DNA from: an uncultured Clostridia bacterium
GTDB lineage: Bacteria > Bacillota > Clostridia > Christensenellales > UBA1242
Reading direction: 5' to 3'
DNA: 58,585 nt
Assembly: GCA_944372445.1 (NCBI GenBank)
Contig: CALVZE010000004.1
Location: forward strand, 1-58,585
This document shows positions 17,094-26,490 of the stretch, piece by piece. Numbering within the stretch: the stretch's first letter is position 1; every line of letters begins with the position of its first letter. The notes under the pieces were generated by a model. It did not search any database. It had not been told where the DNA came from and saw nothing but the letters and a program-made list of their open reading frames with translations. Made by a program: the position numbers and the translations under genes.

Positions 17094-19061
17094 TTAATAT
17101 AAGTCCTTATACTTATCAACATGCTTAACGATTCCGTCATCGTTTCCTAACGTAAGAGAATTTTTAAGTCTATTGATACTGTTTTCCTCATACTCACCAT
17201 ACGCTGAATCAACATATAGACTTTCATAAATTTGGTCAAAGATAGTTTTGTCTGTGAATACATTAAAAGTTGTGTTGGCAAGTTTTAAAACATCCTTTTG
17301 CGTCAATGAGAAGTCCTCAGTTATTCCTGAAAATAAGTTGTTCACCTCGCCTGCATAGAAAAGAATATAAACTCCGTCACTGCCTCTAACCACATTTGAA
17401 ATGTCGCCTACTTTTGCATTGCCGTCATTGTAGAGAGCCTTTATTGCCTCTTGAAATTCGTTATACATCTCATAGTCTTTCATGCTTTCATCGCTGACAT
17501 TTGCACTTGAATATGTTTCATTATATAGCACTTCACCAGAATTTGAAATTCCAAACACTGAAAGTTTATCTTGATTTAAATAGGTTGTGTCATCATTATA
17601 ATAGTAATAGTAATTTAAGAAAGCTTCTGCTTTTTCATGAGCTATTTCTGTGTTGTATCTTTCAACATAGTTCCTAACTGTTTCTTCTTTTATTTCTTCT
17701 GAGGCACTTTGTGAAACACCACTCATGTCTAAAATTTCGTTTACTTTTTCTGTATCATTTATAACCGTGTCATAATCAAGATAGTCACGCGTTTTTAATA
17801 AAGCATCTTCAATTTGAGATAAAAGATTTTCGGCTCCTATCGTCTTTCCTGTCGCCTCGCCGGTGGAAGCGTCTTTTATTTCAACATTTGCTGATGTATA
17901 TAATTTCAATAATTCGCTGTAATATTCATTTATATCCATGCCGTTCGTTAATTTTGTGTCAAGAGCTTCTTTCTTTCCCTCTTCAAAGGCGATTTTGATA
18001 ACTGCAACATTGAAATATTTTGCTTCGCTTGAATTAATATAATTTGGAGAAGTTGATGATGACAAGATATCTGTTTCAAAAGTTTCTGCATCACTCTTAT
18101 ACTTTTCATAATCTGCAACCACATTGTTTTCATAGTATTTAACAACATCAGCAACTTTCACATTGGTGACCGTCGAGCCAGAGCTTGCAAGTCTATTGTA
18201 AATCTGTTCGTATTTTTCCACCATGTAATTGTCTTTTAAAATGTCATAAATCCTGTCAAGTTCAAATATAAAACATGTTTTTTCATCATCAAGGTCAAGA
18301 TAAGAATAATTTTCTCTTACCACGCTCATATATTCATTTAGCGCCGACCTAAAATTGGTGCTTCCTGTGTTACCTTTTTTTGTGTATGCTAAGATATTAT
18401 CATAAATTAAATCTTTAAAGATGTAGTTTCCTTCATCATCTTGATATTCAACATCATAAACAACACCGCCTTCATTTTTTAAAACATGCTTGCTGTCGCG
18501 AATATTTGTGACAATGTCCACCTTTTTAATGCCGAGAGAGCCATCTTGCTTAGTGTAGAGAGTGGCTTGTTTATCATACGCCTCATAAATAGTGCCAGAA
18601 GTTTCTTCGTCACCGCTTGCCGTATCGTCCTCTATGCCTAAAATTTCGTTGTAATAAGTCCTAAAATTGTCATAGATAGCTTCATAGGTTTCTTCCCATA
18701 GGTAAGTTTTTTCGGCGTCATTTAAAAGTTCTTCGCCAGCCTCTTTATAATAGCGTTCAACTTCTGTTATCATCAAGCTTCTGTTAATAAGACTATCAAG
18801 CGTCATTTCAACTGCGTCTTCTTGTGAATATCCGTTTTGAGTGTAGCTATAGCCATAACTGTTATACGCATTTATTAAATCGCGTTTAGTTATGTCCTCA
18901 ACGTAAGAAAAATTTTCTGCACCAATCGAATACTCATAATTAATTTGTGCAACCACAGTGTTATAATATGTTTCAAGGTCACGACCGAACAAATTGCATC
19001 CGGCAAGCACCGAAGCACACATAACTAAACATAGCACAAGTGAAAATACTTTTTTCTTCAT
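17094..19061 (-). CDS. Large lipoprotein, divergent PrsA/SurA-like foldase
   Basis: Lipobox LAGC. SurA-like N-terminal segment (ITKRDLINAY...LDSLINRSLMI). Parvulin-like remnant KVGDISNVVRGSDGVYILF. Located directly after mfd, where prsA lies in Clostridia. Confidence 0.55.
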   Translation of the reverse strand: MKKKVFSLVLCLVMCASVLAGCNLFGRDLETYYNTVVAQINYEYSIGAENFSYVEDITKRDLINAYNSYGYSYTQNGYSQEDAVEMTLDSLINRSLMITEVERYYKEAGEELLNDAEKTYLWEETYEAIYDNFRTYYNEILGIEDDTASGDEETSGTIYEAYDKQATLYTKQDGSLGIKKVDIVTNIRDSKHVLKNEGGVVYDVEYQDDEGNYIFKDLIYDNILAYTKKGNTGSTNFRSALNEYMSVVRENYSYLDLDDEKTCFIFELDRIYDILKDNYMVEKYEQIYNRLASSGSTVTNVKVADVVKYYENNVVADYEKYKSDAETFETDILSSSTSPNYINSSEAKYFNVAVIKIAFEEGKKEALDTKLTNGMDINEYYSELLKLYTSANVEIKDASTGEATGKTIGAENLLSQIEDALLKTRDYLDYDTVINDTEKVNEILDMSGVSQSASEEIKEETVRNYVERYNTEIAHEKAEAFLNYYYYYNDDTTYLNQDKLSVFGISNSGEVLYNETYSSANVSDESMKDYEMYNEFQEAIKALYNDGNAKVGDISNVVRGSDGVYILFYAGEVNNLFSGITEDFSLTQKDVLKLANTTFNVFTDKTIFDQIYESLYVDSAYGEYEENSINRLKNSLTLGNDDGIVKHVDKYKDLY

Positions 19062-19150
19062 AAAATCTCCGTAAGTTAGTTTAACTCAATTATTATAGCT
19101 TAAATATCAACAAATTTCAAGTAAAACAAGCTAATTTTTACATCTTTTTT

Positions 19151-22100
19151 CTAGCCTAACGCCTTAGAAAACATTTCAATGAGAGTTTTCATCTTATTTT
19201 CCACACTTTCATTGCTATTCAGTTTTAGAATAGGTAACTCTTCAAATTTTAAACTAAAACTATAATATTCTCCCATTTTCGACAATCTTTTGTCAATTAT
19301 TTCCTTGGATTTATAGAAATACACCAAGCATTCTTTTTGATTTATTCTTATCAACTTAACATTAAAATTCTGTGCAAGGTTTTTAAGTAGGGCTATTTCA
19401 CAAAGATTTTCTGTTTCCTTAGGCACATCGCCGTTTGAAAGTGAAAGCTCCTTTAAAACCTCTTCCTTTTCTCTCTCAGAGGAAATATGGCTTATCTTAT
19501 CATAAAAGACAATTCTCTCTTCCTGAGAAATAACATAATCTTCGTTTATATATGCATCAATCGGCATTTCAATTTTAATCTCTTTCGCCTCAACCTCTTT
19601 GCCACCCTTCAAAGAGCGTGTAACTTCGTCTAAGAGTCTAAGATACATATCGTAACCAATTTTTTGCATATGTCCGTGTTGTTCTTTGCCTAAAATATTG
19701 CCCGCGCCTCGAATTTCAAGGTCACGCATAGCAATCTTAAATCCGCTTCCAAGTTCTCTAAACTCTGTGATTGCTTCCAGCCTTTTGTAAGCATCCTCTG
19801 TCAAAATCTTTCCTCTGTCAAAGGTGAGATACGCATACGCCAACTTATCTCCGCGTCCAATTCGACCTCTTATTTGGTAAAGCTGGCTCAGTCCAAGTTT
19901 GTCGCTGTCAAGCACAAAAAGCGTGTTTAATGACGGCAAATCTACGCCATTTTCTATTAGTGTTGTGCTTATAAAGATGTTGTATTTATTGTTATATAAG
20001 TCGTCAATAACTCGCGCAAGTTCTTTTTCCATCATCTGACCATGCGCCACGCCAATCTTTCCCTCTGGAAGCAAATGCTTTACATGAGAGGCGAAGTTAT
20101 AAATCTCTAAAACTCTATTGAAAAGAATAAGCACCTTGCCACCACGCGAAAGTTCTCTACGCGCCGTGTCTACAAGGAGTTGGTCGCTGTAATCTGTGAC
20201 ATAGGTCTGAATAGGCAGTCTGTCTTTCGGAGGCGTGGCAATCACACTGATGTCACGAATGGAACTAAGCGACATATGAAGCGTGCGTGGAATAGGAGTT
20301 GCAGAAAGCGTTAACACATCAATATTTTGTTTTAACTTCTTAATTTTTTCCTTATCTTTAACCCCAAAGCGTTGTTCTTCGTCTAAGACAAGTAGTCCAA
20401 TATCTTTGAACTCCACTTCCTTGCCTAAAATCTTGTGCGTGCCTATTAAAATGTCGATTTCGCCATTTTTTAGTTTTTGTAATATCTCTTTTGTTTCTTT
20501 TTGCGATTTAAATCTATTTAATACCTCCACTCTGACACCAAAAGGTTTAAATCGAGCGGTTGCCGAACGAAAATGCTGTTCTGAAAGTATCGTTGTTGGA
20601 CACAAAAACGCCACTTGCTTAGAGTTATAGACAGCCTTAAAGCACGCTCTAAATGCCACCTCTGTCTTGCCAAAGCCAACATCTCCGCATATCAACCTGT
20701 CCATAATTTTATCGCTTTCCATATCTTTATCAACATCGGCTATTGCTTCTTGCTGGTCAGAGGTGAGCTCATAAGGAAAAAACTCATCAAACTCATGTTC
20801 AAGTTCTTCATCGCGAACGAATTTAAAGCCTTTTATGGTGGCACGCTCTTTATAAATCTTCGCAAGTTCAATCGCAACTTCCTTTAAGTTTTCTTTAACT
20901 TTGTTTTTTAAATGCACCCATTCTTGCGAACCTAACGCGTTTAGTTTTGGATTTTCGCCTCCAATATAAGCCGAAAGCACATTTGCTTGCTCGGTTGGAA
21001 GATATAGAAGTGCGCCATTTTTATATTCAAGCACAAAGTAGTCTTTTTCAAAGTTGGTAAGCTTCAATCTTACTATGTCTTTACATATACCAATCCCATA
21101 AAAAGAATGGACAACATAATCGCCAACCTTTGGCAAAAATGAAAGTTTCTCCTTCCCCTTTTTAAACTCAACCCTCTTTGCTTTATATAAGTCATCTGTG
21201 CCGATGGCTATAACCTTTTCTTGTAAAAAACTGAATGAAAAAGGAAAATATTTATCTACAATATATAGCTTCCCTTTTTCAAGCTCACCATCAAAAATTT
21301 TAAAAGCGATTTTGTTTCCAAGCAAAAACTCTTCCATAAGTTCGTGAAAGCGACCGGCAAATAGAAGAATGGCATTGCCGTCAAACTTATACATTTCAAT
21401 ATCTTTTTTGAGCGCATTGAAATCGGTCAAATAACTTTTTTGTCCTATCGTCTTATTGTCATAGCCATTCTCTCCAAAATTAGAAAATGTATAATGTTTT
21501 TTCTCTAAAAGTGTCGAAAATTCTGCAAATAGTTCCTCCTTTGTCCACGACAAATTCTTGCGACTTTCCTTTAAAATAGCGCACTCATTTTCAATCTTTG
21601 AAGGTTCATCGATGACGATGTTTTCGCTTAAATCGGTCACCACATTTTTGCCAAATTTTAAAATTAATGGTGAAATTTTAACGCTATCTAATTCCCTTAT
21701 AGTTTTCATGGAAGACGCTTCAAAATGTATAATTCTCTCCACTTCTTCGTCAAAAAACTCAATACGCGTAGGACTTTCTTCGCCAAACAAAAAGATATCT
21801 AAAATATCTCCACGAAGAGCAAACTGCCCCTCAATATTGACATACTCCGTTCGCTCATAGCCATAAGATATAAGCAAAGAAGATAAATTTTCAAAAGAAT
21901 ATTCTTCTCCTTTATTAACAAAAAAACTTTCCTTTAAAAACGCCATGTCAAATTTAGTTGTCATGGATGACGGCAAAAAGATAAGATAATCAAGTTCGCC
22001 TTGTAAAAACTTTGACACGGCACTAGAAAACGGAAAAAGATTGGCATCTCTTTCATCCTCTACCTCTCTTCCACATGCAATAATCTCCGCCTTTTTATCC

Positions 22101-22252
22101 AGCGATGATAAAGCATATTTAAGCTTACTAGCCGTCACAAAATCGCCACATAGATATAAAGCCCGCTTTAACGAATACACTAAAACGGACTTTTCGCCAA
22201 TCGTAACCCCGCCGATGTCTTTATGGTTTAATATTTCAGTCACAAAATTCAT
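19151..22252 (-). CDS. mfd: Transcription-repair coupling factor
   Basis: RLICGDVGFGKTEVA, LDEEQRFGV, SATPIPRT, QIRGRIGR and RDLEIRGAGNILG motifs, plus CarD-like RID and TRCF C-terminus. Confidence 0.96.
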   Translation of the reverse strand: MNFVTEILNHKDIGGVTIGEKSVLVYSLKRALYLCGDFVTASKLKYALSSLDKKAEIIACGREVEDERDANLFPFSSAVSKFLQGELDYLIFLPSSMTTKFDMAFLKESFFVNKGEEYSFENLSSLLISYGYERTEYVNIEGQFALRGDILDIFLFGEESPTRIEFFDEEVERIIHFEASSMKTIRELDSVKISPLILKFGKNVVTDLSENIVIDEPSKIENECAILKESRKNLSWTKEELFAEFSTLLEKKHYTFSNFGENGYDNKTIGQKSYLTDFNALKKDIEMYKFDGNAILLFAGRFHELMEEFLLGNKIAFKIFDGELEKGKLYIVDKYFPFSFSFLQEKVIAIGTDDLYKAKRVEFKKGKEKLSFLPKVGDYVVHSFYGIGICKDIVRLKLTNFEKDYFVLEYKNGALLYLPTEQANVLSAYIGGENPKLNALGSQEWVHLKNKVKENLKEVAIELAKIYKERATIKGFKFVRDEELEHEFDEFFPYELTSDQQEAIADVDKDMESDKIMDRLICGDVGFGKTEVAFRACFKAVYNSKQVAFLCPTTILSEQHFRSATARFKPFGVRVEVLNRFKSQKETKEILQKLKNGEIDILIGTHKILGKEVEFKDIGLLVLDEEQRFGVKDKEKIKKLKQNIDVLTLSATPIPRTLHMSLSSIRDISVIATPPKDRLPIQTYVTDYSDQLLVDTARRELSRGGKVLILFNRVLEIYNFASHVKHLLPEGKIGVAHGQMMEKELARVIDDLYNNKYNIFISTTLIENGVDLPSLNTLFVLDSDKLGLSQLYQIRGRIGRGDKLAYAYLTFDRGKILTEDAYKRLEAITEFRELGSGFKIAMRDLEIRGAGNILGKEQHGHMQKIGYDMYLRLLDEVTRSLKGGKEVEAKEIKIEMPIDAYINEDYVISQEERIVFYDKISHISSEREKEEVLKELSLSNGDVPKETENLCEIALLKNLAQNFNVKLIRINQKECLVYFYKSKEIIDKRLSKMGEYYSFSLKFEELPILKLNSNESVENKMKTLIEMFSKALG

Positions 22253-22752
22253 TTAAGTCTTTCTAATACCTCGTCAGCCACCTTTTCTATTATAGGAGCA
22301 AAGTATTCTCTATCATATTTTGATAAGACGTAGTCAGCTAGACTCATAAATATATCTCGTCCTATACCCACTCTTATTCTTTCAAAATCTTCGCCGATTT
22401 GTTCAACAATATTTCTTAGTCCGTTGTGCGTGCCACCGCTTCCATGTTCCTTATACCTAAAATTACCTTTTGGAAGGTCAATGTCATCGGCGATAACCAA
22501 AATGCGCGCGTCTTTATACTTCTGTTTTAGTTCTTTAACACAATAACCGCTTAGGTTGACAAAGGTTTGAGGCTTGACAAGAAGTATCTTTTCTCTTCCA
22601 AGCCTGCCCTCAGCAATCAAGCCCTTGCACATCTTTTTATCGAAAGAGATATTCAACCTTTTGGCGATTTCATCTAAGATATCAAAACCTATATTGTGAT
22701 AGGTATGGTCATATTTTGGTTCATAATTTCCTAACCCTACAACAATCTTCAT
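22249..22752 (-). CDS. pth: Peptidyl-tRNA hydrolase
   Basis: MKIVVGLGN...HNIGF, KPQTFVNLSG, GTHNGLRNI, RIRVGIGR. Confidence 0.96.
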   Translation of the reverse strand: MKIVVGLGNYEPKYDHTYHNIGFDILDEIAKRLNISFDKKMCKGLIAEGRLGREKILLVKPQTFVNLSGYCVKELKQKYKDARILVIADDIDLPKGNFRYKEHGSGGTHNGLRNIVEQIGEDFERIRVGIGRDIFMSLADYVLSKYDREYFAPIIEKVADEVLERLK

Positions 22753-22760
22753 ACATCCTC

Positions 22761-23585
22761 CTAAATGGTTTCATTTATTAAATTTGCGCCATAAAGCACC
22801 TTTCCTTCTGGCACTTTGCTGTTTTTAATATAGCTATGTCCAACTTCCGCATCGTCACAAATAATTGAACTATCAATAGTATTACCACTTTGAAGAACCA
22901 CGCCCCTGCAAATCACGCTTTCGCCTTTAATGACATTGTTTGGATGAATGACAACTCCACTTTCTATCTGCACATCGGCGTCAATAAAAATCGTATTTTC
23001 TCCAAAAAGCACAACTCCTTGCGATTTTTGAAAATCAATTATTCTTTTACTTAAAACTTTGAAAGCATACGACATAGAAATGGCGTCATCGACAACATAA
23101 AAATCGTCTCGTCCGAAATGGTCAAGCGGTGTCGATAAAAGCGAAGCAAAGTTTTCAATATAGTCACTTTTTATCACAAAGCCACGCTTTAATGGCAAGA
23201 AATTCATCTTTTTTGAAGCGAAATATTGCATGATTTCAAAAAAGGTCGCTTTTTGAAGTAATGGGGTATCACTGTAAAAAACAGCAATCTGGTTATATGA
23301 AGGCGCATATTTTAAAAGCATTTCAAAAATTTTATCTTCGCCCTCGACAAATTTTTGCGTGCAGACAGAGGTAGCAATCCCGACATAGTCTGCCATTTTT
23401 TTGCCTAACAAAAGAACATCGGAAAACTCGCTTTTGGTTTTTACTATCAAAACAAGCGTTTCCTCTTTAATCCATTCAAGCGACGAGGAAGACACAAGTG
23501 GCTCAGCATTCATCTTTTCCACCAACTCCTTCAATTCGTCATTTTGAATTTCTATTTCTTCTTTTTCTTCAATTTCAATATCCAT
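22761..23585 (-). CDS. Degenerate, truncated GlmU-like protein (nucleotidyltransferase remnant plus a few hexapeptide repeats)
   Basis: GKKMADYV and VFYSDTPLL echo the GlmU N-domain. QGVVLFGENTIFIDADVQIESGVVIHPNNVIKGESVI echoes the start of the left-handed beta-helix. No LAAGxGxRM motif, only 274 aa, and it sits upstream of pth at the glmU position. Confidence 0.7.
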   Translation of the reverse strand: MDIEIEEKEEIEIQNDELKELVEKMNAEPLVSSSSLEWIKEETLVLIVKTKSEFSDVLLLGKKMADYVGIATSVCTQKFVEGEDKIFEMLLKYAPSYNQIAVFYSDTPLLQKATFFEIMQYFASKKMNFLPLKRGFVIKSDYIENFASLLSTPLDHFGRDDFYVVDDAISMSYAFKVLSKRIIDFQKSQGVVLFGENTIFIDADVQIESGVVIHPNNVIKGESVICRGVVLQSGNTIDSSIICDDAEVGHSYIKNSKVPEGKVLYGANLINETI

Positions 23586-23678
23586 ATAATTATTATAAAT
23601 TTAAAAAAAATAATTGTCAAATAAAAAAATATGCAAAATTCATTTTTAAATTTATTAATTATGTGATAAAATAAACTT

Positions 23679-24779
23679 ATGACAAGAAAAGGAATTTATA
23701 GTTTAATTTTTGCAAGCTTAATGCTAATACTTAGCATCTTTGCCTTTATGCCTATACTTAGTACTAAGGCGCAAAACGATAATAGTCTATCGCGTTCGGA
23801 CAGCAACTTCTCTGTCACTTACACAGGTTACCACTCTTCATCAAGCGCACTCCGCCCAACCTATAAAGACCCTGTAACTATTATTGATGACGAACATGGC
23901 AGAACGGTGAATTATGCCTACTACAATTGGTCGGAAATAAAATTTATCAACATAAACATTGAAAATTACATCTCTGGAAGTAGCGATACTTTCGTAGACT
24001 TTAAGCTTATCTTGTCATATAAACAAACGGAAAATTGGAATGAAAACACCACAGAAACACGAATATTATATGAAGAAACAATTAACAACAATGTGCTTGA
24101 AAACAAAATTTTAACCTTTCATATAGATGAGCCAGAAGAAATTATTGAAAACGTTCTTTATGGCGACGGCTTCGGAATTTACAAATTTGATTTTGTTTAT
24201 AGTTATCTAGATAGTGACAGCCCTCAAATTTTGACAAAAACCCTAGGCAATATGTATTTTGCCATTGTTCCAGATGACATAGACACAAAAAGCAAACAAA
24301 TAAGCTTTGATATTGAAACTTATAGCTCCGATAAATTTTTAAATACATATTATATCACCATAAAAGAAGATGATTATAAATATGTCAATCCAAGCCACAT
24401 AGTATGGTCGGTGACGGGCATAGGCAAAGATAACACAAGATATGTGATGCGGGAAGCAGATAAGGCCGGCGAAGATGACTATCGAAACGCACTTTGGCCA
24501 AGTTATGGCGATAACAATGAAAAAGACACTGAACGAGATATGTATGGAAACGACTTTTTGTTTGATAGTAATGATGTGGAAGGAAGATTTGATATAACCT
24601 GCACTATCTATAACACAAGTGGCGATATCATCACTTCATATGTCACCACAGTAAACACTATCAAAGATGAAACTTATTCTTACTTGTGGCTCATTATCGT
24701 TCTAGTTATTTTGGTTCTTATAGTTATTGCAGGCATCATTTTAATTGTCGTATTACGAAAAAAAGAGAAAATGTGGTAA
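23679..24779 (+). CDS. Hypothetical exported protein with C-terminal TM anchor
   Basis: Signal-peptide-like N-terminus, Tyr/Asp/Asn-rich beta-type ectodomain, C-terminal hydrophobic helix plus RKKEKMW tail. Confidence 0.8.
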   Translation: MTRKGIYSLIFASLMLILSIFAFMPILSTKAQNDNSLSRSDSNFSVTYTGYHSSSSALRPTYKDPVTIIDDEHGRTVNYAYYNWSEIKFININIENYISGSSDTFVDFKLILSYKQTENWNENTTETRILYEETINNNVLENKILTFHIDEPEEIIENVLYGDGFGIYKFDFVYSYLDSDSPQILTKTLGNMYFAIVPDDIDTKSKQISFDIETYSSDKFLNTYYITIKEDDYKYVNPSHIVWSVTGIGKDNTRYVMREADKAGEDDYRNALWPSYGDNNEKDTERDMYGNDFLFDSNDVEGRFDITCTIYNTSGDIITSYVTTVNTIKDETYSYLWLIIVLVILVLIVIAGIILIVVLRKKEKMW

Positions 24780-24816
24780 AACCTTTTTACCACACCTTTG
24801 ACATGAAAGTTTATTC

Positions 24817-25175
24817 TGTCATGTTGAGCCATGTTGTTAAATTATGTCGAATTCAAAAATTTGTCATTCATAGCCACGCCACAAACAGCACACCATTTCC
24901 TAATTTGCTTTTCATTATTTATCTTTCGTTTGTTTGCTCAAAAGTGCAGTTTTCATGCATTTCTGAGAAAGAGCATGAAATGTCCGCCGTCGAAGAAACT
25001 TAGAAAATCGGCGTATCTTTTTAGGTCCTTCGACTTCGCTCAGGATGACATAAATATGCTTATTATGTCATGCTATCGCAAGTAGCAGAACGCTACGCTG
25101 TCGAAACATATCAGAAATCAAAACTATATTGTCATTCTAAGCAAGGATATGGAATGTCCGCCGTCGAAGAATCTC
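24817..25175. repeat. Cluster A of TGTC-tagged REP-like palindromic repeats (about 5 units)
   Basis: Units at 24817-24854, 24958-25000, 25011-25050 (reverse), 25066-25112 and 25130-25175 share TGTCAT.CT.AGC...GTCGAAG. The 25011-25050 unit is 39/40 identical (inverted) to 45669-45708. Confidence 0.8.
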
Positions 25176-25233
25176 AGAAAAAGAGGATTGAAAGAAATTT
25201 CCTTCCTTTTTTTAACGCAAAAAATTTTAATTT

Positions 25234-25638
25234 TTATAAAATATTATGAAAACTTGCGCCCATAAAGTGGTGATATTGTTCTTCATAGAGTTTTATAAGT
25301 TCAAGCGATGCCATGAACTCCTTGCGGTCGCCCTCCTCCATATATGTTTTTATCTTTGAAATTTCCACCCCTATTTCTTGTATTGATTTGTGATTGACCA
25401 TATAGCACAATTTCCATTCGTGTTTAAACCACTTATCCTCCATATTGTCGACAAGCATGGCAACATCATTATTTAAAATACCGTCATGCGTATCTACCGC
25501 TTTTTCTATTTGATAACAATAGTTTAGCACATCTGAAAGGGCATTTGTAACAAGCCTGTCCTCGATTACGCAAACGGAAATTAAGATTGCTAAAATAGTT
25601 AAAATTGAAATTAATTGAAACCACATAAACTTTGTCAT
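25234..25638 (-). CDS. DUF4363-like protein
   Basis: N-terminal TM helix and W...E...YMVNHKSIQEI pattern. Overlaps the DUF421 stop, as in the common clostridial pair. Confidence 0.65.
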   Translation of the reverse strand: MTKFMWFQLISILTILAILISVCVIEDRLVTNALSDVLNYCYQIEKAVDTHDGILNNDVAMLVDNMEDKWFKHEWKLCYMVNHKSIQEIGVEISKIKTYMEEGDRKEFMASLELIKLYEEQYHHFMGASFHNIL

Positions 25639-26354
25639 TCTCTCACCTGCCCAAGCGGATGACTGTTAAATGTCACATACTTTTTATTATACTCCTGTGC
25701 AAACACCGCTCCCGCCTTGTCGATAGACAGCACAAGACAATCCTTAACTCTTTTTATTCCCGCTTTCTTTAGAAGTTCTGTAACCGCCTCACTATCTAAT
25801 TTGGCAATGTTTAGGTTTTCCTTCATAATCTTTCCTTCGCTTACCAAATTGATAGGCAAGGCACTTTTGTCAACCTGTATATTCATATCGCCAACCGTCA
25901 AAGGAGAACATTCGCTCTTTGGAAAGACACTCAGTTTGCCATTCGTTTCCATGATGGCATATTGCACTTCCTGCAATTTAAAATAGCCCGCTCCACGCAT
26001 CGCTTCCATTATGTCGTCAATGGAAAGATTAAGATTTTTAAGCGCTTTATAATCTATTCCGTCAGGATTTATGACAATCACGGGTTTACCGCTTATAAAT
26101 CGCGAAAATTTAGAAGATAATTTACATAGAAGAGTTAAGGCAAAATGAAGTAAAACAAGTGTCAAAAGTGGCACAATGCCATGCAAAACAGGCACAGAAA
26201 TTTCTGCCATAGGAATGGTGGCTAAATCTGCAATGATTAAAGTTAGGACAAGCTCAAAAGGTTGCATTTGTCCAAGCTGTCTTTTTCCCATTAAACGATA
26301 GAGAAAGAGAACGACAAGATATATCAAAATTGCTCTTAATACTATGGTTAACAT
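25635..26354 (-). CDS. DUF421 (YetF-like) membrane protein
   Basis: RLMGKRQLGQMQPFELV, GKPVIVI, AIMETNGKLSV. Start moved to MLTIV at 26354. Confidence 0.9.
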   Translation of the reverse strand: MLTIVLRAILIYLVVLFLYRLMGKRQLGQMQPFELVLTLIIADLATIPMAEISVPVLHGIVPLLTLVLLHFALTLLCKLSSKFSRFISGKPVIVINPDGIDYKALKNLNLSIDDIMEAMRGAGYFKLQEVQYAIMETNGKLSVFPKSECSPLTVGDMNIQVDKSALPINLVSEGKIMKENLNIAKLDSEAVTELLKKAGIKRVKDCLVLSIDKAGAVFAQEYNKKYVTFNSHPLGQVRE

Positions 26355-26490
26355 ATTCCTAGTATAAAGAGAAAAAATATTTTTAAACAAAATATTTATA
26401 TTTTTTTAATAAAATTAATAAATTTAAAAAACAAACAAAATTAAAAAATTAATAAAAATAAGTAAAAAATGCAAAAAAAATGCAAAAAAT

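Noticed and set aside
24686-25085. ORFs 24686-25003 and 24831-25085 (+)
   Set aside because: They translate straight through REP-like repeats (e.g. FRSFDFAQDD from the repeat itself), and the first overlaps the upstream gene. Probably non-coding.
24817-25175. Repeat clusters as a CRISPR array or integron attC array
   Set aside because: Units differ in length and orientation, there is no regular repeat-spacer period, there are no cas genes or integrase, and there are no RYYYAAC/GTTRRRY ends.
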